A stretch of 13,094 bases of DNA. Source: a virus. Positions 7,587-13,094 of this stretch are shown in pieces. The first letter of the stretch is position 1, and each line of letters starts with the position of its first letter. Position numbers and translations under genes: made by a program. The notes under the pieces were generated by a model. That model was not told the DNA's origin. It was given only the letters and a program-made list of their open reading frames with translations, and made no database searches. The stretch lies in UHGV virus genome UHGV-0365212; one strand, written 5' to 3'.

Positions 7587-7820
7587 TCAATCTGGTCTGA
7601 CCTGCTTTCTGAGCAATTCAGTAATGTCACTCTTTTCTTTGTTTGCTTCAGGCGAAACTCTTTTTTCTGAGCACAGTCTTCGGCGGCAGGCTTCAATGAC
7701 CCAGGCTGAGAAATTCCCGGACCCTTTTTGATCAAGAGCGATGTTAATTTGTTCAATCATTTGGTTAGGAAAGCGGATGTTGCGGGTTGTTGTTCTGCGG
7801 GTTCTGTTCTTCGTTGACAT
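7587..7820 (-). CDS. small basic protein, YlcI / lambda orf-64-like (DUF3950-type), 77 aa
   Basis: MSTKNRTRRTTTRNIRFPNQMIEQINIALDQKGSGNFSAWVIEACRRRL... resembles the small ORF found just upstream of cos in lambda and DLP12 (ylcI), recalled from memory. Confidence 0.55.
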   Translation of the reverse strand: MSTKNRTRRTTTRNIRFPNQMIEQINIALDQKGSGNFSAWVIEACRRRLCSEKRVSPEANKEKSDITELLRKQVRPD

Positions 7821-8019
7821 GAGGTTGTCCCGTATTCAGTGTCGCTGATTTGTATTGTCTGAAGTTGTTTTTACGTTAAGTTGATGCAGATCAATTAATA
7901 TGATACCTGCGTCATAATTGATTATTTGACGTGGTTTGATGGCGTAGATGCACGTTGTGACATGCAGATGATAATTATTATCATTTTGCGGGTCCTTTCC
8001 GGCGATCCGACAGGTTACG

Positions 8020-8208
8020 GGGCGGCGACCTCGCGGGTTTTCGCTATTTATGAAAATTTTCCGGTTTAAGGTGTTTCCGTTCTTCTTCGTCGTAACTTAA
8101 TGTTTTTATTTAAAATACCCCCTGAAAAGAAAGGAAACGACAGGTGCTGAAAACGGGCTTTTTGGCCTCTGTCGTTTCCTTTCTCTGTTTTTGTCCGTGG
8201 AATGAACA
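8020..8208 (+). other. cos: lambda cohesive-end site: cosN (GGGCGGCGACCT at 8020-8031) followed by the cosB region up to the Nu1 start
   Basis: Sequence ...GACAGGTTACG|GGGCGGCGACCTCGCGGGTTTTCGCTATTTATGAAAATTTTCCGGTTTAAGG... matches the lambda right-end/left-end junction as I recall it, with only scattered substitutions through to the ATG of Nu1. Confidence 0.85.
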
Positions 8209-11145
8209 ATGGAAGTCAACAAAAAGCAGCTGGCTGACATTTTCGGTGCGAGTATCCGTACCATTCAGAACTGGCAGGAGGCTCAGATTGCGTCCATCAG
8301 CCAGAGTGTGGCGCGTTTCTCCTCTGCATCCGGCGTGGAGGTGGACAAGGTCGCTGAAGCCTTCGGGAAGCTGACCACAGAGGGGAATACCAATATCTCC
8401 GGTGTCACGGTGGTGTTCCGGGCCGGTGAGCAGGAGCAGACACCGCCGGAGGGATTTGAATCCTCTGGCTCCGAGACGGTGCTGGGTACGGAAGTGAAAT
8501 ACGACACGCCGATCACCCGGACCATCACGTCGGCAAACATTGACCGTCTGCGTTTTACTTTCGGCGTGCAGGCACTGGTGGAAACCACCTCAAAGGGGGA
8601 CAGGAATCCATCGGAAGTCCGCCTGCTGGTTCAGATACAACGTAACGGTGGCTGGGTGACGGAAAAAGACATCACCATTAAGGGCAAAACCACCTCACAG
8701 TATCTGGCCTCGGTTGTGGTGGATAACCTGCCGCCGCGCCCGTTTAATATCCGGATGCGCAGGATGACGCCGGACAGCACCACAGACCAGCTGCAGAACA
8801 AAACGCTCTGGTCGTCATACACCGAAATTATCGATGTGAAACAGTGCTACCCGAACACGGCACTGGTCGGCGTGCAGGTGGACTCGGAGCAGTTCGGCAG
8901 CCAGCAGGTGAGCCGTAATTATCATCTGCGCGGGCGTATTCTGCAGGTGCCGTCGAATTATAACCCGCAGACGCGGCAATACAGCGGTATCTGGGACGGA
9001 ACGTTTAAACCGGCATACAGCAACAACATGGCCTGGTGTCTGTGGGATATGCTGACCCATCCGCGCTACGGCATGGGGAAACGTCTTGGTGCAGCGGATG
9101 TGGATAAATGGGCGCTGTATGTCATCGGCCAGTACTGCGACCAGTCAGTGCCGGACGGCTTTGGCGGCACGGAACCGCGTATCACCTGTAATGCGTACCT
9201 GACCACACAGCGCAAGGCGTGGGATGTGCTCAGTGATTTCTGCTCGGCGATGCGCTGTATGCCGGTATGGAACGGGCAGACGCTGACGTTCGTGCAGGAC
9301 CGGCCGTCGGATAAGGTGTGGACCTATAACCGCAGTAATGTGGTGATGCCGGATGATGGCGCGCCGTTCCGCTACAGTTTCAGCGCCCTGAAGGACCGCC
9401 ATAATGCCGTTGAGGTGAACTGGATTGACCCGAACAACGGCTGGGAGACGGCGACAGAGCTTGTTGAAGATACGCAGGCCATTGCCCGTTACGGTCGTAA
9501 TGTCACGAAGATGGATGCCTTTGGTTGTACCAGTCGGGGGCAGGCACACCGCGCCGGGCTGTGGCTGATTAAAACGGAACTGCTGGAAACGCAGACCGTG
9601 GACTTCAGCGTGGGTGCTGAAGGGCTTCGCCATGTACCGGGCGATGTCATTGAAATTTGCGATGATGACTATGCCGGTATCAGCATCGGCGGGCGCGTGC
9701 TGGCGGTGAACAGCCAGACCCGGACGCTGACGCTCGACCGTGAAATCACGCTGCCATCTTCCGGCACCACGCTGATAAGCCTGGTTGACGGGCAGGGGAG
9801 TCCGGTCAGCGTGGAGGTCCAGTCCGTCACCGACGGCGTGAAGGTGAAAGTGAGCCGTGTTCCTGACGGCGTTGCAGAATACAGCGTGTGGGGGCTGAAG
9901 CTGCCGACGCTGCGCCAGCGCCTGTTCCGCTGCGTGAGTATCCGTGAGAACGATGACGGCACGTATGCCATCACCGCCGTGCAGCACCTGACTGCCGAAG
10001 TCACCGCAGACAGCGGGGAGTATCAGGTACTGGCCCGCTGGGACACGCCGAAGGTGGTGAAGGGCGTGAGCTTTATGCTTCGCCTGACCGTGGCCGCGGA
10101 TGAAGGCATTGAGCGGCTGGTCAGCACGGCCCGGACGGCGGAAACCACATACCGCTTCACGCAACTGGCGCTGGGGAACTACAGGCTGACAGTCCGGGCA
10201 GTAAATGCCCGGGGACAGCAGGGAGACCCGGCGTCGGTATCGTTCCGGATTGCCGCCCCGGCAGCGCCGTCGCGGATTGAGCTGACACCGGGCTATTTTC
10301 AGATAACCGCCACGCCGCATCTTGCGGTTTATGATCCGACGGTACAGTTTGAGTTCTGGTTCTCGGAAAAGCGGATTGCGGATATCAGGCAGGTTGAAAC
10401 CACAGCCCGCTATCTTGGTACGGCGCTGTACTGGATAGCCGCCAGTATCAATATCAAACCGGGCCATGATTATTACTTTTATATCCGCAGTGTGAACACC
10501 GTTGGCAAATCGGCATTCGTGGAGGCCGTCGGTCGGGCGAGCGATGATGCGGAAGGTTACCTGGATTTTTTCAAAGGCAAGATATTTTCCCTGACATCAG
10601 ACGGAAAGCTGACCGCTAAAAATGCGGATATCAGTGGCAGTGTGAATGCGAACTCAGGGACGCTCAACAATGTCACGATTAATGAGAACTGTCAGATTAA
10701 GGGGAAACTGTCAGCCAACCAGATTGAAGGTGATATTGTCAAAACGGTCAGCAAGTCTTTCCCCCGCACGAACAGTTATGCCAGTGGCACCATCACGGTA
10801 AGAATCAGTGATGATCAGAAATTTGACCGGCAGGTCATGATACCGCCAGTGTTATTCCGCGGTGGTAAGCATGAGAATTTCAACAGTAATAACCAACAGT
10901 CATACTGGTATTCAACCTGCCGGTTAAGAGTGACCCGCAATGGTCAGGAGATTTTTAATCAGTCCACGACGGATGCTCAGGGCGTATTTTCCTCCGTTAT
11001 AGATATGCCTGCCGGACAGGGGACGCTGACACTGACATTCACCGTATCTTCATCAGGAGCGAATAACTGGACACCAACAACCAGTATCAGCGATCTGCTG
11101 GTTGTGGTGATGAAAAAATCCACAGCAGGTATCAGTATCAGCTGA
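8209..11145 (+). CDS. J: in-frame fusion ORF (978 aa): Nu1 residues 1-24, then a ~33-aa segment resembling tape-measure protein H, then tail-tip/host-specificity protein J from about residue 56 to the end; deletion remnant rather than an intact structural gene
   Basis: N-terminus [24 protein letters not shown] equals recalled lambda Nu1; [33 protein letters not shown] matches a motif I recall from lambda gpH; from [26 protein letters not shown] onward the protein tracks lambda J for about 800 residues, with a divergent C-terminal ~230 aa; junctions at about nt 8280 and 8379. Confidence 0.8.
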   Translation: MEVNKKQLADIFGASIRTIQNWQEAQIASISQSVARFSSASGVEVDKVAEAFGKLTTEGNTNISGVTVVFRAGEQEQTPPEGFESSGSETVLGTEVKYDTPITRTITSANIDRLRFTFGVQALVETTSKGDRNPSEVRLLVQIQRNGGWVTEKDITIKGKTTSQYLASVVVDNLPPRPFNIRMRRMTPDSTTDQLQNKTLWSSYTEIIDVKQCYPNTALVGVQVDSEQFGSQQVSRNYHLRGRILQVPSNYNPQTRQYSGIWDGTFKPAYSNNMAWCLWDMLTHPRYGMGKRLGAADVDKWALYVIGQYCDQSVPDGFGGTEPRITCNAYLTTQRKAWDVLSDFCSAMRCMPVWNGQTLTFVQDRPSDKVWTYNRSNVVMPDDGAPFRYSFSALKDRHNAVEVNWIDPNNGWETATELVEDTQAIARYGRNVTKMDAFGCTSRGQAHRAGLWLIKTELLETQTVDFSVGAEGLRHVPGDVIEICDDDYAGISIGGRVLAVNSQTRTLTLDREITLPSSGTTLISLVDGQGSPVSVEVQSVTDGVKVKVSRVPDGVAEYSVWGLKLPTLRQRLFRCVSIRENDDGTYAITAVQHLTAEVTADSGEYQVLARWDTPKVVKGVSFMLRLTVAADEGIERLVSTARTAETTYRFTQLALGNYRLTVRAVNARGQQGDPASVSFRIAAPAAPSRIELTPGYFQITATPHLAVYDPTVQFEFWFSEKRIADIRQVETTARYLGTALYWIAASINIKPGHDYYFYIRSVNTVGKSAFVEAVGRASDDAEGYLDFFKGKIFSLTSDGKLTAKNADISGSVNANSGTLNNVTINENCQIKGKLSANQIEGDIVKTVSKSFPRTNSYASGTITVRISDDQKFDRQVMIPPVLFRGGKHENFNSNNQQSYWYSTCRLRVTRNGQEIFNQSTTDAQGVFSSVIDMPAGQGTLTLTFTVSSSGANNWTPTTSISDLLVVVMKKSTAGISIS

Positions 11146-11163
11146 ATTTTATAACCCAGAACG

Positions 11164-11187
11164 GGCGTCAGAAATGACGCCTTTTTT
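11164..11187 (+). terminator. rho-independent terminator between the J remnant and lom
   Basis: GGCGTCA-gaaa-TGACGCC perfect 7-bp stem followed by TTTTTT. Confidence 0.7.
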
Positions 11188-11211
11188 ATTGCAGAAAAGC
11201 GAGAGGTAATT

Positions 11212-11811
11212 ATGCGTAAACTTTATGCCGCCATTTTGTCCGCAGCCATTTGTCTGGCCGTATCCGGTGCGCCTGCATGGGCGTCTGAACATCAGTCCAC
11301 GCTGAGCGCGGGGTATCTTCATGCCCGGACGAACGTTCCCGGCAGTGATGATCTGAACGGGATTAACGTGAAATACCGTTATGAGTTTACGGACACACTG
11401 GGGATGGTGACGTCGTTCAGCTATGCAGGAGACAAGAATCGCCAGCTGACCCGTTACAGCGATACCCGCTGGTATGAAGATTCCGTGCGTAACCGCTGGT
11501 TCAGCGTGATGGCGGGGCCGTCTGTACGCGTGAATGAATGGTTCAGCGCGTATGCGATGGCGGGTGTGGCTTACAGCCGTGTGTCGACTTTTTCCGGGGA
11601 TTATATCCGCGTAACTGACAATAAGGGGAAAACGCACGATGTGCTGACCGGAAGTGATGACGGTCGCCACAGCAACACGTCTCTGGTGTGGGGGGCTGGC
11701 GTGCAGTTTAACCCGACCGAATCCGTGGCCATTGATGTCGCTTATGAAGGCTCCGGCAGTGGTGACTGGCGCACTGACGGGTTCATCGTGGGTGTTGGTT
11801 ATAAATTCTGA
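11212..11811 (+). CDS. lom: Lom, Ail/Lom-family outer-membrane beta-barrel protein (lysogenic conversion), 199 aa
   Basis: Signal peptide MRKLYAAILSAAICLAVSGAPAWA; C-terminal block SVAIDVAYEGSGSGDWRTDGFIVGVGYKF is identical to recalled lambda Lom C-terminus; GAGAGG RBS; located right after J as in lambda. Confidence 0.9.
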   Translation: MRKLYAAILSAAICLAVSGAPAWASEHQSTLSAGYLHARTNVPGSDDLNGINVKYRYEFTDTLGMVTSFSYAGDKNRQLTRYSDTRWYEDSVRNRWFSVMAGPSVRVNEWFSAYAMAGVAYSRVSTFSGDYIRVTDNKGKTHDVLTGSDDGRHSNTSLVWGAGVQFNPTESVAIDVAYEGSGSGDWRTDGFIVGVGYKF

Positions 11812-11837
11812 TTAGCCAGGTAACACAGTGTTATGAC

Positions 11838-11864
11838 AGCCCGCCGGTTCAGGCGGGCTTTTTT
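11838..11864 (+). terminator. rho-independent terminator after lom
   Basis: AGCCCGCC-ggttca-GGCGGGCT 8-bp stem followed by TTTTTT. Confidence 0.75.
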
Positions 11865-11875
11865 GTGGGGTGAAT

Positions 11876-13094
11876 ATGGCAGTAAAGATTTCAGGTGTAC
11901 TGAAAGACGGCACAGGAAAACCGGTACAGAACTGCACAATCCAGCTGAAAGCAAAACGTAACAGTACCACGGTGGTGGTAAACACGCTGGCCTCAGAAAA
12001 TCCGGATGAAGCCGGGCGTTACAGCATGGACGTTGAGTACGGTCAGTACAGCGTTATTCTGTTGGTGGAAGGATTCCCGCCGTCACATGCCGGGACCATC
12101 ACCGTGTATGAAGATTCTCAACCCGGTACGCTGAATGATTTTCTCGGTGCCATGACGGAGGATGATGCCCGTCCGGAGGCTCTGCGCCGTTTTGAACTGA
12201 TGGTGGAAGAGGTGGTGCGTAACGCGTCCGCGGTGGCACAGAACACGGCAGCCGCGAAGAAGCCAGCCGGCGATGCCGGCACATCTGCCCGTGAGGCGGC
12301 AACCCATGCGACTGATGCTGCAGGCTCAGCACGCGCAGCCAGCACGTCAGCAGGACAGGCCGCGTCGTCGGCTCAGTCAGCGTCTTCCAGCGCAGGAACG
12401 GCATCAACAAAGGCCACTGAAGCGGAAAAAAGTGCTGCCGCTGCAGAGTCCTCAAAAAGCGCGGCGGCCACCAGTGCCGGTGCGGCGAAAAAGTCAGAAA
12501 CGAATGCGGCAGCGTCACAACAATCAGCAGCCACTTCTGCATCCACCGCGACCACGAAAGCGTCAGAAGCTGCCACCTCAGCCCGGGATGCGGCGGCCTC
12601 AAAAGAGGCAGCGAAATCATCAGAAACGAACGCATCCTCGAGCGCCAGTAGCGCAGCTTCCTCGGCAACGGCGGCAGGAAATTCCGCGAAGGCGGCAAAA
12701 ACGTCCGAGACGAACGCCAGGTCTTCTGAGACGGCAGCGGGACAGAGCGCCTCAGCTGCGGCAGGCTCAAAAACAGCGGCTGCGTCGTCTGCCAGTGCCG
12801 CGTCAACAAGTGCCGGGCAGGCCTCAGCCAGTGCCACCGCCGCCGGAAAATCGGCAGAAAGTGCCGCATCGTCTGCTTCAACAGCCACAACGAAGGCTGG
12901 CGAAGCCACTGAACAGGCCAGCGCAGCAGCGAGGTCAGCTTCCGCAGCGAAGACATCCGAAACGAACGCGAAAGCGTCGGAAACCAGCGCAGAATCCTCA
13001 AAAACGGCTGCCGCATCGTCCGCCAGTTCGGCGGCGTCATCGGCCTCATCGGCGTCTGCTTCAAAAGATGAGGCGACCAGACAGGCATCAGCAG
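11876..13094 (+). CDS. stf: side tail fibre protein Stf, 5' portion (continues past the window end); contains a long Ala/Ser/Thr-rich low-complexity repeat region
   Basis: ATG 11876; MAVKISGVLKDGTGKPVQNCTIQLKAKRNSTTVVVNTLASENPDEAGRYSMDVEYGQYSVILLVEGFPPSHAGTITVYEDSQPGTLNDF... matches recalled lambda Stf N-terminus; open to position 13094 with no stop; missing from the ORF track because it is truncated. Confidence 0.85.
   Translation, partial: MAVKISGVLKDGTGKPVQNCTIQLKAKRNSTTVVVNTLASENPDEAGRYSMDVEYGQYSVILLVEGFPPSHAGTITVYEDSQPGTLNDFLGAMTEDDARPEALRRFELMVEEVVRNASAVAQNTAAAKKPAGDAGTSAREAATHATDAAGSARAASTSAGQAASSAQSASSSAGTASTKATEAEKSAAAAESSKSAAATSAGAAKKSETNAAASQQSAATSASTATTKASEAATSARDAAASKEAAKSSETNASSSASSAASSATAAGNSAKAAKTSETNARSSETAAGQSASAAAGSKTAAASSASAASTSAGQASASATAAGKSAESAASSASTATTKAGEATEQASAAARSASAAKTSETNAKASETSAESSKTAAASSASSAASSASSASASKDEATRQASA

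Noticed and set aside
8144-8374. 76-aa plus-strand ORF overlapping cosB and the 5' end of the fusion ORF
   Set aside because: Out of frame with the Nu1-derived start, which has exact recalled Nu1 identity; it begins inside the cos site and has a Cys/Arg/Trp-rich translation.
9145-10467. 440-aa minus-strand ORF inside the J region (also 9669..10004 and 8815..9060 minus)
   Set aside because: Antisense to a plus-strand ORF with strong recalled J similarity; its translation is Arg/Pro-rich low-complexity typical of antisense reading of GC-rich coding DNA; no RBS.
11149-11670. 173-aa minus-strand ORF overlapping lom
   Set aside because: The plus-strand frame encodes a protein with signal peptide and a Lom-type C-terminus; the minus frame has no RBS and a His/Arg-rich translation.
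12083-13088. Minus-strand ORFs of 329, 178, 75 and 74 aa over the stf repeat region
   Set aside because: Artefacts of the Ala/Ser-rich codon bias of stf on the plus strand, whose N-terminus matches recalled lambda Stf; the antisense translations are Pro/Leu/Arg- or Ala-rich low-complexity strings.
1-13094. CRISPR arrays, tRNA/rRNA genes, integrase/att sites and IS elements
   Set aside because: No regularly spaced direct repeats, no cloverleaf-compatible tRNA-like segments and no transposase or integrase ORFs were seen; the prophage ends (att/int) must lie outside this window.
1-13094. Interpretation as an intact, inducible lambda prophage or as a lambda cloning vector
   Set aside because: Two large deletions (kil to nin; Nu1 to J) remove immunity, replication and morphogenesis genes, and no vector backbone, selectable marker or polylinker is present.

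Overview
This window reads as a heavily deleted lambdoid (lambda/21-type mosaic) cryptic prophage in an Escherichia-like genome. All protein identifications rest on my recall of phage lambda, phage 21 and E. coli K-12 DLP12 sequences, not on any search. Left to right: (i) lambda Red genes on the minus strand, gam (short form only), bet and exo, plus a truncated unknown ORF at the window edge; (ii) a junction where the whole immunity/replication region (kil to nin) is missing; (iii) a short Q-type antiterminator, an OmpC-family porin on the opposite strand, and a phage-21-type lysis cassette (dual-start pinholin, SAR endolysin, Rz with embedded Rz1); (iv) a moron region between Rz and cos holding a T5orf172/MUG113-domain gene where lambda carries bor, a 680-bp stretch of small ORFs and hairpins, an AT-rich DUF1398-like gene and a small YlcI-like gene; (v) an intact lambda cosN/cosB; (vi) a single 978-codon ORF in which the first 24 codons of terminase subunit Nu1 are fused in frame to a short tape-measure (H)-like segment and then to most of tail-tip protein J, so all head and tail genes between Nu1 and J are gone; (vii) lom and the 5' part of the side-tail-fibre gene stf. 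The best candidates for something undescribed are the T5orf172 moron with its adjacent small-ORF segment, and the in-frame Nu1-H-J fusion sitting next to an intact cos. No CRISPR array, tRNA or rRNA was seen.
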